IMG/VR virus record: IMGVR_UViG_3300026125_000440 | Location: 1-38,168 of that record | Length of the DNA stretch: 38,168 nt | Source: a virus | Lineage: Duplodnaviria; Caudoviricetes | Strand: one strand, 5' to 3' | Shown here: positions 1-7,757 of the stretch, piece by piece | How the letters are laid out: the number at the start of each line of letters is the position of its first letter | Position numbering within the stretch: the stretch's first letter is position 1 | Notes under the pieces: model-generated | Databases searched by the model: none | The model's input: the letters and a program-made list of their open reading frames with translations, nothing else | What the model was told of the DNA's origin: nothing | Translations under genes and position numbers: made by a program

Positions 1-72
1 TAAACATAAAACAAGGTATAATATGCGTACTTAATTTGATAAATAAAAAGTACGAATATTATAGGAGTCGAT

Positions 73-930
73 ATGTTAAAATCATTAAAGACTTTACTGA
101 TTATGATAGTAGAGTTTATCATTAGTTTGCCGCCAATTAGGCTGGTAACCTATCTCATAAAAAAACCACTGATTCTTTCTATAGTTGTTGCTGTTGGCAT
201 TGGGTTATACTTCTTGATTAGACCTTATGTAGATGCTTACATAGAAGAATACCATAGATTGAATTCTGAAAAAGAAGAAGAAGTTGTTGAAGAACCACAT
301 CTTGAATTTACAAAGATTGATGATGGGTTATACACACTTATAGGCGGAGTAGGAAGTGGAGACTGTGAAAGAATCGCTCCTCAAATGCCCGATAGGTTTG
401 CTTTGATACTAGAAAGTCCAGGAGGCAATCTAGCGGAAGGTTCTTGTATTGCGGCACATCTAAAGATACGTGACGTTGTGACCGTTGTACGTGAGGATCC
501 AGTAATAAATGAAAATGGCGAAGTTATCTATCAACCTGGTAGTCAAACTAAAGACATGGGACCAGTAGAAGGTAAATCAATGTGCGCCTCCGCGTGTAGT
601 ATTATGTTTCTAGCAGGTGACAAACGATACTTGATAGGCGATGTAATGTTCGGTATTCACGGTCCTGGAGTCCCACCACAAATGATAGGACAGTTGGATC
701 CAAAACAATTGGAAATGTCTTCATACCGTACTGCTACAGCACTACTAGAACTACTAATTAAACTAGGCGTAGAAGATCCTGATTTACGACACTTGTTTAT
801 TAAGATACCTAATCACACGATGTATTGGGTACACCCTCGTGATTTTGATGCTAAAGAAGGTCTACATAAAATCGCAACAAATTATAAAAACTTCTTTGGG
901 CTAACATACGCTCAAGTAGAAGACCAGTAA
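73..930 (+). CDS. Membrane-anchored ClpP/crotonase-fold (S49/COG3904-like) protein, putative protease
   Basis: N-terminal hydrophobic helix (ILSIVVAVGIGLYFLI); LESPGG, CASACSIMFLAGDKR and FGIHGP motifs of the ClpP-like fold; AGGAG RBS upstream. Confidence 0.65.
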   Translation: MLKSLKTLLIMIVEFIISLPPIRLVTYLIKKPLILSIVVAVGIGLYFLIRPYVDAYIEEYHRLNSEKEEEVVEEPHLEFTKIDDGLYTLIGGVGSGDCERIAPQMPDRFALILESPGGNLAEGSCIAAHLKIRDVVTVVREDPVINENGEVIYQPGSQTKDMGPVEGKSMCASACSIMFLAGDKRYLIGDVMFGIHGPGVPPQMIGQLDPKQLEMSSYRTATALLELLIKLGVEDPDLRHLFIKIPNHTMYWVHPRDFDAKEGLHKIATNYKNFFGLTYAQVEDQ

Positions 931-940
931 GAGGTATAGA

Positions 941-1963
941 ATGTTAAAAAGTTTTTTCTTAAGTCGAACACACGGCGTATACGCATGGGTCACACTTGCG
1001 TGGTTACTAGGACTAGCATGGTATAATGTACAGATTCTAGTTGCTTACAACTCTTGGAACCGGGAGTTTTACGACACACTACAAACACTACAAGAGGAAA
1101 GATTCTGGGAACTATTTTGGGGATTTGACCCATTACGGTTCTGGGATTTGATAACTATGAAAGAAGGCATAGTCCCATCTTTTATTGAAATCGTTATATT
1201 GTATACTCCGCTCGCCGTGTATGTTATTTGGCAAACACAACGATTTACTTTCAAATGGCGGGAAGCAAACACTCACTACTATTTGCATCGTTGGGAAAAC
1301 TCACCTGCCACAATAGAAGGGGGCTCACAGCGTATACAAGAGGACCTAATGATGTTTGGTAAAACATTACAAAGCCTATTCAGCGGCTTCGTACAGGCGG
1401 TCCTAGTGCTGTTTGCGTTTATTCCTGTGCTATGGACATTGTCTGAAGGTTTGCCTGTATGGGGAGACAAAATCATTCCTGGTTTCTTAGTATGGGTTGC
1501 GCTTGGTATTTCGGTAGGCGGTACTATTATATCTTTCCTGATTGGCTACAAACTGCCCAAACTAGAGTATAACAACCAAGTAGTTGAAGCGAAGTTTAGG
1601 AAGAAACTTGTACATTCAGAAGATGATTTTTCACACCGTTTAACAGATGACTTGTTCCCTATGTTTGCATCAATCAAACGTAACTACTACCGTCTGTTTA
1701 ACTGGTACATGGGATTTGGTGTGTGGTCTACACTATTCGGCTTTATCGCAGGTAACGTTGCGGTTGTAGTACTCGCTCCTGCATACTTTGCTCAAATGAT
1801 TACACTTGGCGTACTGTTCCAAGTACTTAATGCGTTTAGTAAAGTAGAGTCTTCAATGACATTCTTTATTGACCGTTGGACTACAATTGTAGAGTTTCAA
1901 TCAGTCATCCGTCGTCTTCGTGAATTCAATAGGGTTCTAGATGAAGCGGAAAATGATAAATAA
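941..1963 (+). CDS. sbmA: SbmA/BacA-like inner-membrane peptide transporter (ABC-type TMD without NBD)
   Basis: MLKSFF start, NSWNREFYDTLQ, FKWREA, IEGGSQRIQED, LEYNNQVVEAKFRKKLV, NAFSKVESS and WTTIVEFQSVIRRL match SbmA/BacA motifs; several TM helices. Confidence 0.85.
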   Translation: MLKSFFLSRTHGVYAWVTLAWLLGLAWYNVQILVAYNSWNREFYDTLQTLQEERFWELFWGFDPLRFWDLITMKEGIVPSFIEIVILYTPLAVYVIWQTQRFTFKWREANTHYYLHRWENSPATIEGGSQRIQEDLMMFGKTLQSLFSGFVQAVLVLFAFIPVLWTLSEGLPVWGDKIIPGFLVWVALGISVGGTIISFLIGYKLPKLEYNNQVVEAKFRKKLVHSEDDFSHRLTDDLFPMFASIKRNYYRLFNWYMGFGVWSTLFGFIAGNVAVVVLAPAYFAQMITLGVLFQVLNAFSKVESSMTFFIDRWTTIVEFQSVIRRLREFNRVLDEAENDK

Positions 1964-1993
1964 AGTAAGTAGTTTATTGTAGAAAGGAGACAT

Positions 1994-2290
1994 ATGGCTA
2001 GACCTAAACCAACAATTTTGTTAGAACATACTAACCCCAAAGATTATCGTAGTGAACAAGTTATCAAAGCAGATGGTGTTTACGCGGTATTCTTTGCTGG
2101 GGAGCCTATAAACCTCCGCAGTTTGAATTCTCTTATTAACTTTCCAGGACCGAAATATAAGAAAACAAGTTTTTCAAATCCCGGACATGCTATTAACCTA
2201 GCAGAAAGATTAAACAAACTATTCCGTACAGACCAGTTTGAGGTATTCAAACTGACACAAGGTGAAAGAATTGAACTTGATGAAGAATGA
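1994..2290 (+). CDS. Conserved hypothetical phage protein
   Basis: AAGGAG RBS; GATAAATA box at 1955-1962; MARPKP...PGPKYKKTSFSNPGHA is a sequence type I recall from large uncultured phages. Confidence 0.75.
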   Translation: MARPKPTILLEHTNPKDYRSEQVIKADGVYAVFFAGEPINLRSLNSLINFPGPKYKKTSFSNPGHAINLAERLNKLFRTDQFEVFKLTQGERIELDEE

Positions 2291-2649
2291 AACTTACCAA
2301 AACAAATATAGTAAGGTATATCAATGAAAATTTGAGTAGTGACAGTGAACCTTTACTACTCAAAGATATATTCCATTCAGACAAAAGTAACACCTCCGGA
2401 TTTCAGTTAACCGTTATAGGTAAGAAACATATGTGTAAACTATTTGATTCTTATACTATTTCATTAACCTCCAAAAGAAAAGAGACCACTGGTAATCAAG
2501 CATTGACACTTGATAGATACACTCGTGCTCCATATCATATTTCAAGAACTAATGTATTAACCGTATTTGAGGAAGAAATCGCCAGCCAACTGTTATTGAT
2601 GGATGGCGATTTAGATGCTTGGGTCGCTAGTAAAAATTACTTCAATTAA
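2287..2649 (+). CDS. Hypothetical protein
   Basis: ATGA overlap with the upstream gene; 120-aa ORF. Confidence 0.65.
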   Translation: MKLTKTNIVRYINENLSSDSEPLLLKDIFHSDKSNTSGFQLTVIGKKHMCKLFDSYTISLTSKRKETTGNQALTLDRYTRAPYHISRTNVLTVFEEEIASQLLLMDGDLDAWVASKNYFN

Positions 2650-3185
2650 GGCAAATTAGGAACGTTAAGTTTGAATCCGCCCGGAATAGTGTATTCAACT
2701 CCTGTCACTAGATTAGTATTGGAAATCTCTAAATCTGAACCTGATCCGACAGTACCAACGGTACCTGTCCATCCTCCTCGATAATTACCATTTTCTGTTT
2801 GAATAATAGAAAACCAAGTGGCGGTGCCAGCCTGCGACACTTCTTTAGCGTCAAACCAACTAGGAAGAAATTGTATCCAGCCTGCTGGGCTCAAAGAACT
2901 ATAAACAAAGTGGGTTCCGAATTGATTACTATGGTTACGTCCCCAGGAAATTAATGCAGTAGACTGATTCTGCGGCGTTTGATTTTCCCACCCGGGTGGG
3001 TACGATGAGGTACCGAAATCCAATGGTAATCTTTGACCTGAATGAAGAGTGAAGTATGTCCAATAAGTGCTACTCGTACTCCAACTGTTGAATCTTGCAG
3101 TACTAACAGACGAACTACTGGAAAGAAAGTGACTGAAATATTGATTGTTAATTTGTGTATTACTGTGATTAAATGTTAATGCCAT
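2646..3185 (-). CDS. Putative virion structural protein (GTATWF family), paralog A
   Basis: S/T/G/W-rich; GTATWF...GTVG..GSGSDL motif shared with the neighbouring gene; AAGGAGG RBS. Confidence 0.6.
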   Translation of the reverse strand: MALTFNHSNTQINNQYFSHFLSSSSSVSTARFNSWSTSSTYWTYFTLHSGQRLPLDFGTSSYPPGWENQTPQNQSTALISWGRNHSNQFGTHFVYSSLSPAGWIQFLPSWFDAKEVSQAGTATWFSIIQTENGNYRGGWTGTVGTVGSGSDLEISNTNLVTGVEYTIPGGFKLNVPNLP

Positions 3186-3195
3186 ATTGTCCTCC

Positions 3196-3633
3196 TTATG
3201 CAGTGTAGTTCACTGAAAATTCAAAATCTGTAACAGTTATAGGCTGACCTGCGACTGCGTTCACATCGGAAACCCAAAGATCCCCAGAACCATTTTGCCC
3301 TGAAACTGTTCCGCACATAACAGCCTGGTCATTCGGAGTGACTATAGCAAACCATGTTGCTGTTCCGGTTATTGATGCGTTTTTTGTCAAGTTCGGACTT
3401 GTCTCTAGTAAAGACATATCAGGAACAAGTTGATTGAAATTTACTGCAAATTGATAGTCTGTATTCCATGTTAGTTGCATAATTTCATCAGCAGAATGGG
3501 TTGCTCTGTCTACGTACTGGTCGCCTGTCAACGGCGTACCCCTATAAATTATTATTTTGCTATTGCTAAGATTAACACTAGATTGTATTAATCCAAATAC
3601 TATCTGCGGATAACCGCGTTGTTTAATTGCCAT
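3196..3633 (-). CDS. Putative virion structural protein (GTATWF family), paralog B
   Basis: IIIYRGTP, GTATWF, GTVSGQNGSGDL; beta-rich; in a minus-strand operon downstream of a late-type box. Confidence 0.6.
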   Translation of the reverse strand: MAIKQRGYPQIVFGLIQSSVNLSNSKIIIYRGTPLTGDQYVDRATHSADEIMQLTWNTDYQFAVNFNQLVPDMSLLETSPNLTKNASITGTATWFAIVTPNDQAVMCGTVSGQNGSGDLWVSDVNAVAGQPITVTDFEFSVNYTA

Positions 3634-3650
3634 GTTATTTTCCTCTAAAT

Positions 3651-3953
3651 TTATACCACTGGATTAGTGTTCGTAAATGTAACACCTGTAGTATCTACTT
3701 CTGTATTTGTTTGTGTAAATATACGTGTTTCATCATTCAGATTAGTGAACGTGATTCCAGTAGTATCTACTTCTGTATTTGTTTGTGTAAATATACGTGT
3801 TTCATCATTCAGATTAGTGAACGTGATTCCAGTAGTATCAACATCAAAACTTTTTTGTTCAAAATTTGGACCTGTGCCGTATAACATGTCATAACTTGTT
3901 GTGCCGATATTACTTAATACAAATCCGCCATAACCAAACCTAACTTTCGCCAT
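3651..3953 (-). CDS. Small Thr-rich repeat protein (100 aa, MAKVRF...)
   Basis: ATG at 3953 with AGGAGA RBS (3963-3968), so shorter than the ORF-track start at 3989; three VDTTG(I/V)TFTN motifs. Confidence 0.7.
   Translation of the reverse strand: MAKVRFGYGGFVLSNIGTTSYDMLYGTGPNFEQKSFDVDTTGITFTNLNDETRIFTQTNTEVDTTGITFTNLNDETRIFTQTNTEVDTTGVTFTNTNPVV
3688..3839. repeat. Exact 72-bp tandem duplication (2 copies + 8 bp), in frame, 24 aa
   Basis: gtagtatctacttc...gtgattcca starts at 3688 and 3760, with partial gtagtatc at 3832. Confidence 0.95.
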
Positions 3954-3990
3954 ATTCTGTGGTCTCCTATATGGTATAATTAACTGCAAT

Positions 3991-4033
3991 TATTTATCAA
4001 AAAAGTTGACTTACACTGTGATTATGTTATCAT
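3991..4033. promoter_or_regulatory. Back-to-back promoters: late-type GATAAATA (- strand, 3991-3998) and sigma70-type TTGACT-N16-TATCAT with extended TG (+ strand)
   Basis: Direct motif match in a divergent intergenic gap. Confidence 0.7.
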
Positions 4034-4066
4034 ATGCTTATAAATTAAACAGAAAGGTGAACTGCC

Positions 4067-4531
4067 ATGAAAATCGAAATTGGAAAAACATACAGTGTAT
4101 CAAACATGTTCAAAAAATCATTTGTCGAAGTTAACTTTATGAAGAGTCCTGAAGACAGTGACTTGCCTGACCTTAGCCGTGTAATTGTGTGGCGCGGTGG
4201 TACTATGATTGTAACTGTAAACTATGATACCGAAGCAGAATTGTTACAAGACGCCGTAGATGCAGGCGAATCATACGATGATGTGTTCGAATTTTGCATG
4301 TTCGAAGATGTATATTTGGATTCATCATGGGACGGCTGTTCAGAGGATTATGAATCGGGCGATGGTGAATCTCTAGCAAAAGTTGAAGCACTCCAAGAAG
4401 AGTTTGAGAACCTAGAGAGCGATGAATACTTTGATTTCATTGACTGGCTTGAGGGAGAAAAAGGCTATCTAATGGATGATACCGATTGGTCTATCGAAGG
4501 CGCGATAGAAGTTTCATTAATTGAGGAATAA
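4067..4531 (+). CDS. Highly acidic hypothetical protein (probably early)
   Basis: AAGGTG RBS; D/E-rich; downstream of a sigma70-type promoter. Confidence 0.75.
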   Translation: MKIEIGKTYSVSNMFKKSFVEVNFMKSPEDSDLPDLSRVIVWRGGTMIVTVNYDTEAELLQDAVDAGESYDDVFEFCMFEDVYLDSSWDGCSEDYESGDGESLAKVEALQEEFENLESDEYFDFIDWLEGEKGYLMDDTDWSIEGAIEVSLIEE

Positions 4532-4537
4532 AAAAGG

Positions 4538-4567
4538 TTGACACTGCCTCAAATGGCTGTATACTAT
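4538..4567 (+). promoter_or_regulatory. Sigma70-type promoter
   Basis: TTGACA 4538-4543; TATACT 4560-4565 or TACTAT 4562-4567; A-tract upstream. Confidence 0.7.
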
Positions 4568-4595
4568 AAGGGTAAGTTGATGAGAGGAAGTTAAG

Positions 4596-4823
4596 ATGCT
4601 TAAAGATATGAAAGTTGGTGACACTATCTTCTGTAACTACGGTGCTAAGTACCCTACACAGAATTGTGAAATCATTGATTTTGACGGTGACCTTGTTGTT
4701 TGTCGTGACCCTGATGGTCTGGTTGTAAACTTCACTTATAGCCGAATCAAAGATTACGAAACTCGTTCAGTAAATGATTCGCCAATCGGCGTCTTCTACA
4801 TTCCAGCAAAAAAGGTAGCATAA
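4596..4823 (+). CDS. Small hypothetical protein
   Basis: GAGG RBS; follows promoter; 75 aa. Confidence 0.7.
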   Translation: MLKDMKVGDTIFCNYGAKYPTQNCEIIDFDGDLVVCRDPDGLVVNFTYSRIKDYETRSVNDSPIGVFYIPAKKVA

Positions 4824-4824
4824 G

Positions 4825-5160
4825 ATGAAAGCAGTAGTTAAACTTTACACTAACCGCGCAATGACTGAAGCAGAACTTGGTCGTAAGCCTTCTTTTGCCG
4901 ACCTTGACTTTGAAGAAAATCTTGCTGTTTTCAACATTGCTGGTCGTTCTTCTAACGACATTGAAAACAAGATCATGCGTGTGTTTGCCAACATGTTCCG
5001 AGAAAAGCGCTATTCGCTAGTAGCATGGGAAGTTAAGTTCAATGCCAAACTCCCTAGTGTTGGAACACTGACTGTTAGCAAGAATGCTATAAAAGGTTCA
5101 TACTCAAGCAATGACAATGCTTTTGATGCGTTTAACACAAAAAAGTTTGAAAAAGCGTAA
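4825..5160 (+). CDS. Hypothetical protein
   Basis: 1 bp after the previous stop, AGGT RBS. Confidence 0.7.
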   Translation: MKAVVKLYTNRAMTEAELGRKPSFADLDFEENLAVFNIAGRSSNDIENKIMRVFANMFREKRYSLVAWEVKFNAKLPSVGTLTVSKNAIKGSYSSNDNAFDAFNTKKFEKA

Positions 5161-5168
5161 AAAAGGTA

Positions 5169-5197
5169 TTGACCTTTCTCCTGTAATCAGTTACTAT
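5169..5197 (+). promoter_or_regulatory. Sigma70-type promoter
   Basis: TTGACC-N17-TACTAT. Confidence 0.7.
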
Positions 5198-5235
5198 ATA
5201 ATCTGAATTGACGAAATAATTAAGAGGATCTCTTT

Positions 5236-6357
5236 ATGTCTACTACTCATGATATGGAAGTTCGACTGACTAAGCCGAGCGATTTGAAATCTGAACTTGC
5301 GTATGCGTTCAATCGCAAGCGTCCGGTGTTTATTTGGGGTCCTCCAGGTGTCGGTAAATCCGAAATCGTTGAAGGTATCACACAAGAAATGGAAGGTTAC
5401 ATGATTGACCTTCGTCTTGCTCTAATGGAGCCAACCGACTTGCGTGGTATCCCATACTACAATGATAAAACTGGTAAGATGGAGTGGGCTGAGCCTTCGG
5501 ATCTTCCTGATGAGGAATTGTGTTCACAGTTTAAAACTGTTGTTCTGTTCCTTGATGAAATGAACCAGGCTCCACAGTCTGTTCAGGCTGCGGCGTATCA
5601 GTTGATTCTGAACCGTCGTCTTGGTAACTACCGTCTTCCAGACAATGTTGTAATTGTTGCCGCTGGTAACCGTGAGTCTGACCGAGGCGTTGCTTACCGT
5701 ATGCCTAGTCCACTTGCTAACCGTTTTGTTCACCTTGAAATCACGGTTGATTTTGAAGATTGGCAGACTTGGGCACTTGAAAACAACATCGACTCTGAGG
5801 TCGTTGGTTACCTGACTGCTAACAAAATGGATCTTCACAACTTTGATCCTCGTACTGCTAGTCGTGCGTTTGCTACTCCTCGCTCTTGGTCGTTTGTTTC
5901 TGAGTTACTACCGCGCGAAGGCGAGTCAATTAGTGATAGCCGTCTACATGACTTGATTGCAGGTACTGTAGGCGATGGTGTTGCTACTAAGTTTATGGCT
6001 CACCGTTCAATGGCGCAGGCAATGCCTAATCCAACTGATATCCTTGAAGGTAAAGTTACCAAACTCCCTAAAGGTTCAAATGAGATTTCGGCAATGTTCT
6101 CACTGACTGCTTCAATGTGTTACGAGTTGAAGGATCATGTTGATAAGACAGGTAAAGACGGTATGGACAAGTTGTACGAAATGGCAGATAACTTCTTCCG
6201 CTTCATGATGGACAACTTCGATACTGAAATGACCGTGCTGGGTGGTCGTACTGCTCTACGAGTTTACAAACTCCCACTTGAACCTCGCAAAGTCCCATGC
6301 ATTGGTGACTTCTTCAAGAAATACGGTAAGATGATTATTGAGGCGCACAACGCCTAA
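5236..6357 (+). CDS. MoxR-like AAA+ ATPase
   Basis: Walker A GPPGVGKS, Walker B VLFLDE, AAGNR sensor, PLANRF arginine finger, TPRSW. Confidence 0.92.
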   Translation: MSTTHDMEVRLTKPSDLKSELAYAFNRKRPVFIWGPPGVGKSEIVEGITQEMEGYMIDLRLALMEPTDLRGIPYYNDKTGKMEWAEPSDLPDEELCSQFKTVVLFLDEMNQAPQSVQAAAYQLILNRRLGNYRLPDNVVIVAAGNRESDRGVAYRMPSPLANRFVHLEITVDFEDWQTWALENNIDSEVVGYLTANKMDLHNFDPRTASRAFATPRSWSFVSELLPREGESISDSRLHDLIAGTVGDGVATKFMAHRSMAQAMPNPTDILEGKVTKLPKGSNEISAMFSLTASMCYELKDHVDKTGKDGMDKLYEMADNFFRFMMDNFDTEMTVLGGRTALRVYKLPLEPRKVPCIGDFFKKYGKMIIEAHNA

Positions 6358-6366
6358 ATGATATAA

Positions 6367-6400
6367 AATAAAAAAGGGAGCAAATGCTCCCTTTTTTATT
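6367..6400. terminator. Bidirectional intrinsic terminator
   Basis: aataaaaaagggagca-aa-tgctcccttttttatt, a perfect 16-bp inverted repeat between convergent genes. Confidence 0.9.
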
Positions 6401-6406
6401 ATGTGA

Positions 6407-7648
6407 TTAAGATAATGTTAGCACATAAACTGCACCTATCCCTGAACCTTGGATGCCATCTTCTCCAGTTGCGCCTACTACCAAAGTACTACCAGATAGT
6501 GAAACCGAAATACCAAAACTGTCATTACTAAACGTACTGTATGAGTTTGGATTGTCTATAGTAATGATTAAGTTCCCAGTATTCAAATCATAAATGTACA
6601 CCGATCCGGCATTCACAATTGGATTATCTTCACGACGGTTACCCACAACCAAATAATTTGCGTCAATATACAACTCCTCTCCAAAATTATCTTCAAGATT
6701 CGGCGCAGGATTTGTAATCGTATAAATTAAATTGCCGGTGGTATTGTCGTAAACGTATACTATACCAGGATTGGTTTGTCCGTTAACATCTTCGAGTGGT
6801 GCTCCCACCGCAAAATGTGATGAGCCGACTGCCACTGATCGACCGAAATAATCATTGTTAGGTGTGCTATAATCGTTAGGGTTTATGATGGAATGTAGTA
6901 AATTACCTGTAGCAATATCGAACAAATAGGCTGCTCCGGAATTTACATTGACCCCGCCTTCACTTTCCGCACCAACTACCACATGCGTATCCGATATAGC
7001 AACTGATATGCCGAATTTATCATATAACGGCGTACTAAATGCGCTAGGATTGCTTAGTGTGTGTACTAGGTTGCCGGTGGTAACATCGTAGATGTATGCT
7101 TTACCCGAACCGCTACCATCAGCACCACTATTAAATGCTGAAATAACGGCATAATTTCCTTTAACCGCAAGGTATTCTCCAAATCGGTTATTGGGCGCAG
7201 GGATTGGTTCCTTAATATTGTATAACAGTTGTCCTGTCGTAACATTGAAAATGTGTACACTTCCGCTATCTCCTGCCACATCATCGTCATACGGTGCTCC
7301 AACAACAGCGTAATTGCCTGAAATAGCAACCGCCTTACCGAAGGAATCATTAGCAGAAGGCGATGGGTGCTGAAGTGTGTGTAGCACATTACCCGTAGTT
7401 GTATCGTGTATATACGCAACACCCGCACTGGCGAACCCCGAAACGGTTCTTTTTGGTACGCCAACAATTGCCTTGGTACCACTAACGCTTACGTCATTAC
7501 CAAAGAAATTTAAAGCCGTAGGGGTTGGGTCTGTCAATAACCTGTCATAAGTTGATGTACTGAAAGGTAACGATCCAAGAAGCACACTTGCTGGCGCTGT
7601 GCCTACCGATCTTGTTAATTGTGTATTGTTGAATCTAATTTTTGCCAT
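6407..7648 (-). CDS. FG-GAP (integrin-alpha-like) repeat beta-propeller protein, probably virion surface
   Basis: About 7 repeats of FGxxVAxSGxxxVVGAxxED...GxxYxxDxxTGNL; late-type box upstream. Confidence 0.85.
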   Translation of the reverse strand: MAKIRFNNTQLTRSVGTAPASVLLGSLPFSTSTYDRLLTDPTPTALNFFGNDVSVSGTKAIVGVPKRTVSGFASAGVAYIHDTTTGNVLHTLQHPSPSANDSFGKAVAISGNYAVVGAPYDDDVAGDSGSVHIFNVTTGQLLYNIKEPIPAPNNRFGEYLAVKGNYAVISAFNSGADGSGSGKAYIYDVTTGNLVHTLSNPSAFSTPLYDKFGISVAISDTHVVVGAESEGGVNVNSGAAYLFDIATGNLLHSIINPNDYSTPNNDYFGRSVAVGSSHFAVGAPLEDVNGQTNPGIVYVYDNTTGNLIYTITNPAPNLEDNFGEELYIDANYLVVGNRREDNPIVNAGSVYIYDLNTGNLIITIDNPNSYSTFSNDSFGISVSLSGSTLVVGATGEDGIQGSGIGAVYVLTLS

Positions 7649-7684
7649 AAGTATGAGTCCTCTATTGTTAATAATGTGTCTATT

Positions 7685-7729
7685 TATTTATCAAAAACCC
7701 TTGACTTTTGGGCAATACATAAGTACAAT
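7685..7729. promoter_or_regulatory. Back-to-back late-type GATAAATA (- strand, 7685-7692) and sigma70-type TTGACT-N17-TACAAT (+ strand, 7701-7729)
   Basis: Direct motif match; same layout as 3991-4033. Confidence 0.75.
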
Positions 7730-7757
7730 AGTTAATATAAAGTAAAGGAGCAGTGTT

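Noticed and set aside
26-54. cgtactt/aagtacg inverted repeat flanking GATAAATA
   Set aside because: Only 7 bp in AT-rich DNA at the window edge; too weak to call an operator
3688-3839. CRISPR array
   Set aside because: Contiguous 72-bp in-frame duplication with no unique spacers and no cas genes
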